DNA from: Octopus sinensis
Lineage: Eukaryota
Assembly: GCF_006345805.1 (NCBI RefSeq)
Contig: NW_021833602.1
Coordinates: 1-57,548 of the forward strand
DNA length: 57,548 nucleotides
Reading direction: 5' to 3'
The notes under the pieces are model-generated. The model did no database searches. It saw only the letters and a program-made list of their open reading frames with translations, and was not told the DNA's origin. The position numbers were made by a program, and so were the translations under genes. Below are positions 25,719 through 38,335 of the stretch, in pieces. Numbering within the stretch: position 1 is the first letter of the stretch; the number at the start of each line of letters is the position of its first letter.

Positions 25719-25778
<60 letters not shown>

Positions 25779-25820
25779 TTTATGTAATTATTATTTATTA
25801 ATATATATGTATATATATAT

Positions 25821-25981
25821 AATATGTGACAATGGGTTGTCTTAATAAAACTCAGAGCTTCAGCTACCGGCGCTGAAGTCTGCTCCGGCATCTCAGAATT
25901 GATAAGATGCCGCAGTAGACTTCAGCCCCGGTATATGAAACTCTGAGTGTTATTAAGACAACCAACTAATTGTCACATATT
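25821..25981. repeat. ~160-bp fold-back hairpin
   Basis: aatatgtgacaat.ggttgtcttaataaaactcagag...ggcatct, 11-nt loop, agatgcc...ctctgagtgttattaagacaacc...attgtcacatatt. Confidence 0.9.
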
Positions 25982-26073
25982 ATATTTATAAATTCTTCTA
26001 TTTTACTTAATATCGAAGTCTCATTCATTATTTTGTTGTCATATTATCATTATTATTAATACATACATACATC

Positions 26074-26107
<34 letters not shown>

Positions 26108-26172
26108 ATATACAGGTTCTGATTTTTTTGCCAATTTCCTGGTGTGAAATCCTGTTTTGGAACAGTTGTTAT

Positions 26173-27458
26173 TACATTGGAGTGACAAGAAAGTAATTTC
26201 ATTTTTCGCAGATAGATAGAGTTACAAACTTTTTGAATGACTTTTTTCAACGTTAGGATTTTTTTTCCTTCCGACATTTGACAGCCGTTAGTTTTAGCTT
26301 ACCTTTAGAAGCAAATTGCGCGTAATTTTGTTTACAGATATTAGTTCAGTGTCAATTTTAACATGGAGTGCAAAAAACGAATATTTTCATCATATTTTGC
26401 TTCTTAATTTCCGTAAAGGCAAGAAAGCTGCTGAGGCTCACAAAGAGATATGTGAAATTTATGGTGTTGATTGCTTAACAGAATGCACATGTCAGAAATG
26501 GTTTTCTAAAAATTCCGTTCTGGAAATTTTTCACTAAAAGGTGAGTAACATTCTCTTCAACCTACTGGAGTTGATGATGACCGAATCAAAATAACTGAAT
26601 CTGGTTATCATATAAATGTGCGAGAGATTGCAAAGAGGTTAAATGTATCACACAAAACAACTAAAAAATCACTTAAAATAACTTGGATTCGTTAAGAAGC
26701 TCGATATTTGGGTTCCACATAAATTGAAAGAGCTCCACTTAACACAACGAACCAATATTTGCGATATATATCTCAGACGCAACGAAATCGATCTTTTTTT
26801 AAGTGAATCATCACTGGTGATGAAAAGTGGATTGTCTATAATAAAATCAATCGAAAATGATCATGGTCTCAGCGGAATAAACCAGTACAAACTACATCGA
26901 AAGCTGAATTGCAGCAAAAAAAGGTCATGCTGTCAATTTGGTGGGATTACGAAGGTGTTGTGCATGTTGAGCTGCTTCAATGAAACCAAACAATCAATGC
27001 AAATATTTACTGTAAACAACTAATGAAATTAAAGGGACCAATCAAAGAAAAACGGCCAGAATTGGCACATCGTAAAGGAATCATGTTCCACCATGACAAC
27101 GCTAGTCTACACACATCTCTTCTAACTCGTGAAAAATTGTTGGAGCTTGGTTAGGAGATGATATCACATCCACCAAATAGTTCTCACCTTGCACCGTCAG
27201 ATTAACATTTATTTCGAAGTTGGCAAAATTCTTTGAATAATAAAACTTTCAATGACCTGAAATCGCATTTGCTTGTTTTGGGGTGACAAGGACCAGACAT
27301 TCTATGAGCGCGGAATCATGAAGTTGTCGGGAAAATGGCAAAAGGTCATCAAACAAAATGGGAAATGTATAACTGATTAAACTTCATTCTTTGTATAAAA
27401 AAAAAATGACTATATTTCACACTAGAAAACCGAAATTACTTTGTTGCCAGTCCAATAT
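26173..27458 (+). mobile_element. Full-length (~1.29 kb) mariner element with pseudogenised DD34D-type transposase
   Basis: Imperfect TIRs tacattggagtgacaagaaagtaatttc (26173-26200) and gaaattactttgttgccagtccaata (27432-27457). Translated motifs EYFHHILLLNFRKGKKAAEAHKEICEIYG, WVPHKL, KKVMLSIWWDY, FHHDNASLHTS, HPPNSSHLAPSD. Frameshifts and stops present. Confidence 0.93.
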
Positions 27459-28465
27459 TTCAGGATAAGAAGAATAATATACTAGTGAAAACGAATTTAT
27501 AATGCAAGTGTCTATTTGGCAAAAGACAAAAAAAAAATCCTGAAATATAATAATGCATATATACATATGAATATATATAATTGTGTGTTTCTTTTACGAG
27601 TCTGCATGTGTTTTTTAATTTGCGCGTAATTGTACATCGTATTTGTAAAATGCTTTTATTTTCTGTAAAATTTAAAGCTCAAAATTTTGCTTACATTGCA
27701 ATGTGTATATGACGTTCCAAACATTTACAGACATTGAAGCGCATTCACACAATACGCATACCCATTCACACACAGATACACACATACATTCACACACACA
27801 CAGAAATAGAAAACTTAACACATACAAACACACCTCCACATAAACACTCAAATCCATTATATACTATAAACAACATATAAGTATCTAATTAATATAAAAT
27901 GTTTTCAAACATGTCTCCAGGAACTAAATATAGATTAGAACATAATTCATAAACTGTTCTTGTCGGAATATTTCAGCAACATCACAAAAACATATCATAA
28001 AACAGAAAATAAACATGAAAGGCCATAATAATATGAGATCATAAAACGAGAGTTTCACATGGTTTCAAAACCTTTAATATATATTAACTAGCACGTAAAA
28101 AAATCCATTAAGATTGTTTTGCATAAACGAAGACATTGACAGAAAATAAAACACTGTAAAATTGTGTGCAAGAGGAAGGGGTGCTGGGATGATGGAGAAT
28201 ATGGATATACAACATACATACATACATACATACATGCATACAGCCCCTCAGCACACTCCAGACACACACGGACATACACACACATTATGCCTCATTATAC
28301 ATGTAAACACCCCAAAACGTAAACATATACGTATGTGTGTGTATGCCTAAGGAATGTAGACACCTTGATTCACAAAATATGTACACAAAACATGGCATAT
28401 TGCTATTGTGCGAACACTAAAGCAAGGAACTTGTATTGCATTATACAATATAAAGATAATATAAG

Positions 28466-28633
28466 GCGGCGCGCAGGCAGAAACGTTAGCACGGGTGAAA
28501 TGCTTAAAAGCAGTTCGTCTGTCTTTACGTCCTGAGTTCAAACTACGCCGAGGTCGACTTTGCCTTTCATCCTTTTGGGGTCGATAAATTAAGTACCAGT
28601 TGCGTACTGCGCTCGATCTAATCAAAATATATA
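28466..28633 (+). mobile_element. SINE family A with long (~25-bp) flanking duplication
   Basis: ttatacaatataaag(a/g)taatataag at 28441-28465 and 28634-28658; family A head and central domain lie between. Confidence 0.85.
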
Positions 28634-28714
28634 TTATACAATATAAAGGTAATATAAGATTATATATATATATAATCAAGGATAAAATCTTTATATTTTA
28701 TCAAGCAGCCTGCA

Positions 28715-29210
28715 TCCAGAAACCGATCTATATTTAAACTTCTTTTAAGAAATCTTTTTTATTCACTTTCCTTACTTTCAATCCGTGCTAATGGAGCAAG
28801 TAACTATATTTCTTGATCCACATGTGTATTAATTATTACCTATATGGTTCATTACATGCTGGCTACTTGGTGAAATATTACAAAGATATCCTTGATTATT
28901 AAATAAATAAATACAAATTGTTCCGACTAGAAAATTCACTGTGGTATTATTTTCAGTCGTCTATGTACGTGTCGAGGTGAATGAATTGGATTTAGCACGT
29001 ATATAAACGTGAAAATTCGTACGTATATATTATTATGGATACGTGATATTCGTATCGGTATGTATAGATGTTTATAGTTATGTACAACTGGTCATACTAT
29101 ACTGATGAAGTAGGGAAATTTTATATCTCGTATCTAGAAACCGATCTATAGTTAAACGTCTTATCCACTTTCCTCGCTTTCAATCCGTGCTAATGGAGCA
29201 AATATATTTC
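28715..29210. repeat. Diverged direct repeat (28715-28812 / 29133-29210)
   Basis: agaaaccgatctata.ttaaac and cactttcct..ctttcaatccgtgctaatggagcaa occur in both copies. Confidence 0.75.
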
Positions 29211-29211
29211 T

Positions 29212-29226
29212 CTATCTATCTATCTA

Positions 29227-29288
<62 letters not shown>

Positions 29289-29289
29289 A

Positions 29290-29321
<32 letters not shown>

Positions 29322-29322
29322 G

Positions 29323-29387
<65 letters not shown>

Positions 29388-29400
29388 GTGTGTGTCTGTG
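29212..29400. repeat. (TCTG)n(TCTA)n microsatellite
   Basis: Directly visible. Confidence 0.95.
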
Positions 29401-30064
29401 TATAATGTGGCACAGAACCTCCCAAAACTAAAAACTATTATTGATATATCATCTTAGCATAAGATTAACACTGAAGACAATTCTGTTCTATCAATACATA
29501 TAAGCAACCTCTTCAATGAAATTTTTTAACATGGTCAAATTTGCGAGGATAAAAGGCAATTCGTTCAGACCACTAGATATAAAAGATTCAGAAATGAGAA
29601 GCATTTCAAACATCATCAACTGTCTAACGGATGTGACTATGATTTCGGCGCGTGGGCAGTATCATTCAATGCGGTGGTATCAAAAACATTAAAGATAAAC
29701 AGCGCCTGGAAATCCATAAACAAGTAGCAGGAACGAAACATTAGCGTAAGATACCCATTACAGCTACATTTCTTAAGTATTAGAAACATCGACATCAAAT
29801 ATAAGCAAAATTACTATCAATTTATATTTTCAAAGCTGGAAGGTAAAATTGCTATCGATAAAAAAACATAAATTACTTCTAACAGTATATAGTGTTATCT
29901 CAAAAACTATAGAAGACTATAGTACCAGCGAATGAAACGTATTCACTACAATTTACTGAAACATAGATACATAGTATGGGAATTAATGACAAGCCACTGA
30001 ATAAGAAACTTAGAACTTCAAGCATATAGGTTAATTTATGAATATATATATTCCTTTTTTTTTC

Positions 30065-30427
30065 TTTTATCCTGTTACTTGTTTCAGCCATGAGATTCCA
30101 GCCATGCTGGGGCACCGCCTTGAAGGATATTAGTCGAATGAATTGATTCCTGTACTTAAAAAAAAATAAAAATTCAAGCCTGGTACGCATTCTGTTACCA
30201 AATCGCTAATTCGCGGGTACGTGAAGACATCAACACCGGTTCTGAAGCGGTTGAAGTGAGTGGGTGGACAAAATATAGATAGGCACACTTATATGTAAAC
30301 GTATGTAACAAACATCTTTCAGTTTCCGGCTACCCAATCCTCTCAAGGCTTTGGTCGGCCTGAGGCTAGCGTGGAAGAAAGTTGATCAGTGGGACTGAAC
30401 TATGTGGCTGAGAAGTAAGCTCCTTAC

Positions 30428-30428
<1 letters not shown>
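30065..30428 (-). mobile_element. SINE family C, decayed
   Basis: ttacttgtttcagcc...ccatgctggggcaccgcc tail, ggctttggtcggcctgaggcta CORE part, gggactgaactatgtggctgagaagtaagctccttact head. Confidence 0.75.
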
Positions 30429-30508
<80 letters not shown>

Positions 30509-31021
30509 CATACATACATACATAGGTAGGTAGGTAGATAGATAGAGATATACAGAAATACAAACATACACTTATACATACATATATACATACACACACA
30601 TATGACTAGAATAGATAAGAGAAGTGAGATGAGGGACTAGATAAAATACTCATTCATGGAATAAATATCAATTTCTTACATATGCGTATATGTATGAACT
30701 AAATCTGAGAAGTCCCTGTTCCGGCTTTCCACGCTTGTGCGATTTTCATCAGGTTCTATGGATTGCGTGCATTTAACGAGCGATTAGTGCGCTATAACTA
30801 TGCTCAAAAGCGACTAATGAGTGTGCTCACAACAATACCAAGAAGAACCTATGCAGTCGCCAGACGACTCACAATCACTCATTTGCGATTTACGACAAGA
30901 AAATCCATCATCCATCATATATATGTTAAATATATATAGACATACATACACACAGGCATGTGTAGATGTATACACACACACACACCACATATATATATAT
31001 ACATCCTTATATATATATTCG

Positions 31022-31212
31022 CCGTGATAGATCGCTAGCCACTACACATTCTTTATTTTCTCTCCTTGTTTCTTTCTGTGTTCCTTTCTGTGGAAGAGCG
31101 TAGGCTCGAAACGTTAAAGACTTTTTCACTTCCCGAGCGTTATACTAATACTGTTTGTTGTCTACACCACCTGTCATTCGTCTTTTGTTTTTTTTTTGTG
31201 AATTCGCCCTAT
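31022..31212 (+). mobile_element. Penelope-like pLTR fragment with minimal hammerhead-like motif (31088-31113)
   Basis: ctgtgga-a-gagc-gtag-gctc-gaaacg has a stem II hairpin and GAAA, but the core is CTGTGGA rather than CTGANGA. Confidence 0.5.
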
Positions 31213-31213
31213 C

Positions 31214-31267
<54 letters not shown>

Positions 31268-31280
31268 GATAGATAGATAA

Positions 31281-31311
<31 letters not shown>

Positions 31312-31734
31312 CATAGATAGATAGACAGATAGATAGATAAATAGATAGATAGATAGATAGATAGATAGATTGATAGATGCAGATGTATTCATATATATAT
31401 GTGTGTATTTATCCGTCACTTTCTATTCGTGTTTGTGTAATTTGTTTTTGATGAAGAAAAATAAAATGTTTTTGATGGAATGAAACTTAGACAGAAAACT
31501 TAATACTAAGAGAATTATTTAGTAGAACTACTGTCTAAAGTTGTGTTTGGATGTAGAATAATATAGTTATATGTTTATTGTAAGTGTTTGAATTGTACGA
31601 CTTTTTCAAACATTTTTACATACATATATTGAATAATTTATATCTGCTATAGTTTGTCCACATCACTACTTGCTTCCTTTGTCCATATCATACTTTTATA
31701 ACACGTACGCATAGATTATACACATAATGATGAG

Positions 31735-31803
31735 GAAAATAATAATACCAATAACAACAACAACCACAAACACAACAACAACAACAACAACAATAACAAT
31801 AAC

Positions 31804-31835
<32 letters not shown>

Positions 31836-31858
31836 TAAAAATAACAATAATAATAATA

Positions 31859-31905
<47 letters not shown>

Positions 31906-31920
31906 TAATAATAATTTCAA
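31735..31920. repeat. (AAC)n/(AAT)n array
   Basis: Directly visible. Confidence 0.95.
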
Positions 31921-31921
31921 T

Positions 31922-32040
31922 TATAGGCACACGGCCTGAAATTTCGGGGCCAAGTCGATTACATCGATTACTCGACCCAAGTGTTTCACTGGTACTTAAT
32001 TTATCGGCCCCGAAAGGATGAAAGGCAAAGTCGACCTCGG
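31922..32040 (-). mobile_element. SINE family A 3' fragment
   Basis: ggcacacggcctgaaattt...actggtacttaatttatcggccccgaaaggatgaaaggcaaagtcgacctcgg. Confidence 0.75.
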
Positions 32041-32104
32041 CTACTGCTACTTCTACTCATTATTAAAAGGATTTGTAGTAGTAGTGGAAGCATGTGTAGC
32101 TACT

Positions 32105-32129
32105 GCTGCAGTAGCAACGACGGTGGGGC

Positions 32130-32165
<36 letters not shown>

Positions 32166-32169
32166 TAGT

Positions 32170-32234
<65 letters not shown>

Positions 32235-32271
32235 GGTGGTAGTGGTAGTAGTAGTAGTAGTAGTAGTAGTT

Positions 32272-32303
<32 letters not shown>

Positions 32304-32330
32304 TGTTGTAGTAGTAGTAGTAGTAGTAGT
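32105..32330. repeat. (GCA)n(GTA)n/(GTG)n array
   Basis: Directly visible. Confidence 0.95.
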
Positions 32331-32334
32331 TTCT

Positions 32335-33480
32335 TGACTCAGGATTGGTCTTACTCTTAGTAGGATTTATGTGGGTAGTGGTCTACTCTCTGTTACTTTA
32401 GATATCCACATAATTTAAATAAGCCATAAAGTACTCAAAACCCTTCTGATGTTCTTGCCTGTTCCCAAGAAGTAAACCTTTTTTAGAAGCTCTACATGAT
32501 ATTTCATTCCAGTCTTCTTTATCCATTTTTCACAGTCCCTAAAGCATCAGTTATTATCTCAGGTACAACCTTTACAGATTTTGTGTTCTAAATCTTCGCA
32601 ATCTCAAATTTGAAGGGTGTAATATTTTTTCTACTCATGGGCTTTCCTCAAACACACAAACACACAAAAACTATAATATTTGTGTTGCTTTATTTAATCT
32701 TATCTGTTTTAATGGAAAAAATACCCAAAATTTTGGATGTTTACGACTCAAGTACTTTTTCGACATCATCCTTGAAACCACCATCTTTGACAAAACTTCC
32801 ATTGTGAGACTTTCAGAAGTTTATTATGACTTCATATTTTATATTCTCCATGGGCCACCTTGGGGCATTCTGCAACAATGTGTACCTTTGTTTCATTCCA
32901 AAATCAAATGTTGTATATTTAAGCCAAACTTCTCAACAAATATGTTTTTCTAATTATTTATTTGCGGAGCTTCATCTTGAGCATCCACCAGTTTCATTAT
33001 TAGCCCGTTTGGCAATTCAAATGTCTGGATTATTTCTGTAGCTGCAATTTGTTTTTCCTGCAAAATCATTTGTTATTTAACTTGAAAGACCACTTCGTGT
33101 TATGTTTTTCCGTTGCATGTTTTTGCTGCTATACACTTCTTAAGTTTTACTTTTGCTTGCAAGTTGTTCTCTATATTTATTCATGATATAGTTTTTATTT
33201 AGGCCTTTTCCTTCATATGCATGCAGGACCCCTTTTTTATATTTCACATAGGATAGGGCTTATCTGTTTTACAAAAAGCTGTGCTACAATTTCTTTCTAT
33301 TTTGGTATTTGGGGTTTGATTGGGAGATTTCTTTTTTAAGTCCATGCCCGCTTTCACTTAATATGGTTGTAGCTACTAACTATATCTGATCATTTATCCT
33401 GTTGATATCCATGCAGCTTATTGTCACCAAACTAAGACCTTGCAGGTATTTATCATATGTATTTTTCCATAAAGATCTCT
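32335..33480 (-). mobile_element. R4/Dong-like non-LTR retrotransposon remnant (zinc knuckle and restriction-like endonuclease C-terminus)
   Basis: Minus-strand fragments KLVDAQDEA, NETKVHIVAECPKVAHGEYK (32838-32897), SVKVVPEIITDALGTVK and ELLKKVYFLGTGKNIRRVL occur in the order expected for R4/Dong ORF ends. Confidence 0.75.
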
Positions 33481-33930
33481 ATTCACACGTGTATTATTAA
33501 GGTAAGCACGTCGATTCTACTTTATTGAAAACGCTTTCAAATAACGTTTGGTGTGAAAATATATTTATACTTCTTGCACTTTCAGTAAGTAACGCTAAAT
33601 ATCCAACTCAACTGGCACCAAACAGATTGTTTACTCCAGTGAATGGATTTGTTCAGATATTTTAGACACATTGCTAATATTCTCAAGCAAAACTAACTCA
33701 TAAGATTCATTCACAATACAACATATATTTACGCAGAAATGAAATACCACACAGAAAAACAGATTTTTTATATCAACAACAAAATAATACCCATACTCAC
33801 CATCCTTGCTACAACGATAAGAGAATGTTTTACTTTTTTACTTCCATTACTCGCTAGCAACTTATAAATTAAATACTAATCACCTACTTACGAAATTCTG
33901 GTTAGTTAATTATCTGTCACTCTGCCAAAC

Positions 33931-34000
<70 letters not shown>

Positions 34001-35044
34001 AAAGACTATAAAGATGTATTTGGTTTTTTTCTGAACACAGTAAAAGAAAAATTAATTCGCCCTTTCTCCAACTTAACCTATATTTACGCGAGTTTCTACT
34101 TCCAAAAACCATTAAAACCATTAACTAACCACTGTTTATCTGCACCCAATTGCTTGCAATCATCACAATTCTCTAGACACAGCTGTACAACTACTACACA
34201 TCTACATCCTACATATTAAACCTTGGCTTCGAATCAATAGATTTAAGTTAACACCCACGAAATCCAACACATTTTATTTTAACTGCAACACCAGAGAATA
34301 TTGAATATAAGAAAAAAAATACGTGCAACTCCATAGACGTAACCATATACACAAAAGGTGAATCTTTTCCTTCTTACGTACAATATAACTAGAGAAATCA
34401 AATATTACATAACATACAGTGTAATGAAAACAAAATAATGCACAAATGCACGTAGATCACTCTTATCTCTCCATTTGGTCACGGAAAGAAAAAGGAATGA
34501 CATAAATATATAATCAATAGATTTGATCTATCGTGGGTTATAAGAGTTCGATTTGGGCCCTCATCCCTACACAACAAACCTAAACAAACCAACCTTTGTT
34601 TACTCCATTATATGTTAGATGTTAGGACATTATCGATAAAGTGTGTATATATAGTACGCTAGCATATCATATCAAAGTGTATTGATCTCTATTCCGATCT
34701 TGCCATAACCACTAACATATTTTTGATACTGTTACCAGGATTTAACAGTAGTTAAACATTCCTGGCTACTTTTGGCAGAGTATTCAAGGCAGCAATTGAA
34801 CTTCAAAGTCTCCATTGTGTAACTCCTTGAAACAGTTCTGCAAAGTGCTGCTGTAAAATTCCAAATATCTGCCTAGAATCTGGCATCAAAGGCATATACT
34901 GCTACGCTATGCTCTATACTGAATTTTAATTGCGCCGCCATGTCGTCCACTCGTCGGAGGTTATTACTCCTTCGTTTCGATCAGATAGTTCAATAACTTG
35001 GATGGCCATCTTTACCTTCGTATTTCGTGTCAAACAAATGTTCG

Positions 35045-35232
35045 AGCGTAGGAGTGGCTGTGTGGTAAGTAGCCTGCTTACGAACCGCATGGTTCCGAGT
35101 TCAGTTCCACTGTGTAGCAACTTGAGCAAGTGTATTCTACTATAGACTCAGGCCGACCAAAGGCTTGTAAGTGAATTTGGTAGATGGAAACTGAAAAGAG
35201 CCCGTCGTATATAAGTGTATATATGTGTATAT

Positions 35233-35329
<97 letters not shown>

Positions 35330-35578
35330 CATATATATATGTGTGTGTGTGTGTGTTTGTATGTCTGTGTTTGTCCCCCCCACCCATCATCGCTTGACAA
35401 CTGATGCTGGCGTGTTTACGTCCCCGTAACTTAGCGGTTCGGCAAAAGTGACCGATAGAATAAGTACTAGGCTTATGAAGAATAAGTCCTCGGGTTGATT
35501 TGCTCGACTAAAGGTGGTGCTCCAGCACAGCCGCAGTCAAATGACTGATACAAGGAAAAGAGTAAAAGAGTAAAAGAG
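35045..35578 (+). mobile_element. SINE family C, complete
   Basis: gcgtaggagtggctgtgtggtaag (box A), ccgagttcagttcc (box B), cttgagcaagtgtattctactatag (CORE-like), (TA)n(TG)n core, ggtggtgctccagcacagccgcagtcaaatgactga, (agtaaaag)n tail. Confidence 0.92.
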
Positions 35579-35959
35579 CGGTATTTTCCTCACTAGTATA
35601 GCGAACGTGTTACCTTTCATAATCGCCTCTTCCAAACTGCCTACGAACTACACTCTAATTTCCTGTTTCCGATTGCTATGTCCTTGCTATGTTGTACAAT
35701 TAGAAAATCAATATAAGATGATCGGAATGACCGGTAAATACGAAGGGAGGAGGCTTGCTGTGCATTTATGGTCTCCCTAGGCTATGGATTTTGATTGATT
35801 AGATAATTAGCAAACAATTAAGGCATTTCCTTTCTGTTTTTTTTTTTTTTAATTCTCCTTCCAACAGCACAACTAACAAACAGCATCTTCATTATTGTGA
35901 TCATCACTATTTTCACGATGATGAGGATTAATACGTTATCTTCCTACATTTTTATCAAC

Positions 35960-36215
35960 ATCACCATCCATTATCATATTCCGCAGCATCAATATCATCG
36001 GTGTCCTCGGTCGGCGTCGTTATCATCGCCATCATTACCGTCACCCCTTCCACATCATCATCATAACCATCGTTACTATTACCCCTCCCATCATCATCAT
36101 CATCACCCCTCTCATCATCATCATCATCATCGTTGAAGACGTCGGCATCGTCGTCATCATCACCCCTCCCATCATCATCATCATGAGTCATCATCAATAC
36201 AATCTTTACAATCAC

Positions 36216-36303
<88 letters not shown>

Positions 36304-36360
36304 AAGCCCGTTATTATCATTCTCCTCCTGTTCCTCGTCATCGTTGTCATTATCAACTAT
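35960..36360. repeat. (CAT)n and (ATT)n arrays
   Basis: Directly visible. Confidence 0.9.
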
Positions 36361-36808
36361 AACCATTCTCGTCGTCATAAACGCCCCCGCGCGCCCACAC
36401 ACATACTCACGCACATATACCCACACCCAGACGCACAACATCATAGTCAATTCTATTTTCATTTCACCGATATATTCATTATGAGAGCGATCGCTATAGA
36501 AACCGCCATCACTGACAATGAATATATCCATGATGTTAATATTCTGCAACTGACCTTTCTCCTCCTAAGAAATAATGCAATCTAGCTGTTGCTCTTTATA
36601 CTGCTATAACGAAGTTTTCCATCTGTCAATTTGTTATTAAACATATCAAATGCAACAAGAACATCACATCAGAAAATGGCTACCGTGTGGTTTTATTACT
36701 TGTGTTGTAACTTTCTCTCCCATCACTCTGCAAGGATTATTGTTGTGCTGAACGCTTTAACTGTTTGAATACTTGGTAATAGTAGATCGCATCACAAAAG
36801 TATTCTTG

Positions 36809-37366
36809 TTTCTTTATTGCTCACAAGAGGCTAAACATAGAGCGGGCGAACAAGGACAAACAAAGGGATTAAGTCGATTAAATCGACCCAAGTGCGTAAC
36901 TGGTACCTAATTATCGACCCCGAAAGAACGTAGCGGCACACGAAATACCTATTTCTTTACTACCCACAAGGGGCTAAACACAGAGAGGACAAACAAGGAC
37001 AGACAAACGGATTAAGTCTATTACATCGACCCCACTGCGTAACTGGTACTTATTTAATCGACTCCGAAAGGATAAAAGGTAAAGTCGACCTCGGCGGAAT
37101 TTGAACTCAGAACGTAGCTGCAGACGAAATACCTATTTCTTTACAACCCATAGGGGGCTAAACATAGAGTGGACAAACAAGGACAAACAAAGGGATTAAG
37201 TCGATTAGATCTACCACAGTGCGTAGCTGGTACTTATTTAATCGACCCCGAAAAGATGAAAGGCAATGTCGACGACGGCGAAATTTGAACTCAGAACGTA
37301 GCGGCAGACGAAATACCGCAAAGCATTTCGCCCGGCGTGCTAACGTTTCTACCAGCTCACCGCCTT
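36809..37366 (-). mobile_element. SINE family A tandem trimer
   Basis: One full unit plus two 5'-truncated units, joined at cgaaatacc|tatttctttac (36949/36950 and 37133/37134). The leftmost unit has an internal deletion. Confidence 0.9.
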
Positions 37367-37756
37367 TCACAAGAGCATTCTTTACAACAACGGATTTTCA
37401 TTTGCATTGCAGCTTGTTATTCCGTCACACGAAGAAACAGAAGAAAATATATTTGGAAATTTTTATAAATATTTCATGATGTAAAGATACAATATACACG
37501 ATATTTTAGCGATAAAAATCCATTCGAATATTGAAAATCGCTACGCATAATAGCCGCTAAAATAGGAATATTTACAAAGGTCACAGAATCAACACATAGC
37601 TAACGATTTTGCAATACATTATCGCAAGGAATACGCCGTTCCTGTTTATACAACACCCTTACAGAAAACACACAGGGAAATCAGAACGTGATTGACAGGG
37701 GATCAAGCGGGGAGGTCAACACAGCATTCATTAATCAAAATGTGTCTACAGATGTC

Positions 37757-38327
37757 TGTAGAAGTGTATGTATGTAAGTGCATGAACATGTGTGTGTGTG
37801 TGTGAGTGCGTGTGTGGGTATGTGTTTGTGTGAAAGTGTGCGTATGCGTGTGAGTTTATGTCTATGTGTGATGGGACGTGTATACGACCGAACCCAATAT
37901 TTATTTTTAAATAATGAACAAAATATTCGTATGGATTGTGAATTAGTTCAAGGTACATCATATTGTCTACACAATGAAAGAATAATTGGATACAGTTAAT
38001 TCCTGAAACGCAGTATAACCCGAACATATGTCTTCTTGTTGAAAGCCATATGTTCGGGTTATACTGCGTTTCAGGAATTAACTGTATCCAATTATTCTTT
38101 CATTGTGCAGACAATATGATGTACCTTGAACTAATTCACAATCCATACGAATATTTTGTTCATTATTTAAAAATAAATATTGGGTTCGGTCGTATACACG
38201 TCCCATCACACATAGACATAAACTCACACGCATACGCACACTTTCACACAAACACATACCCATACACGCACTCATACACACATATACACACACCACACAT
38301 GTTCATGCACTTACATACACTTCTACA
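37757..38327. repeat. Near-perfect inverted repeat, ~275-bp arms (37757-38030 / 38047-38327), 16-nt loop
   Basis: ...cctgaaacgcagtataacccgaacatatg [tcttcttgttgaaagc] catatgttcgggttatactgcgtttcagg... Confidence 0.95.
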
Positions 38328-38335
38328 TATATATA

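Noticed and set aside
29102-29120. ctgatgaagtagggaaa hammerhead-like string
   Set aside because: No stem II can form between the core halves
31688-32337. Poly-I, poly-L, poly-N and poly-V ORFs
   Set aside because: Trinucleotide arrays only
35897-36549. His-, Asp- and Asn-rich ORFs
   Set aside because: (CAT)n and (ATT)n arrays
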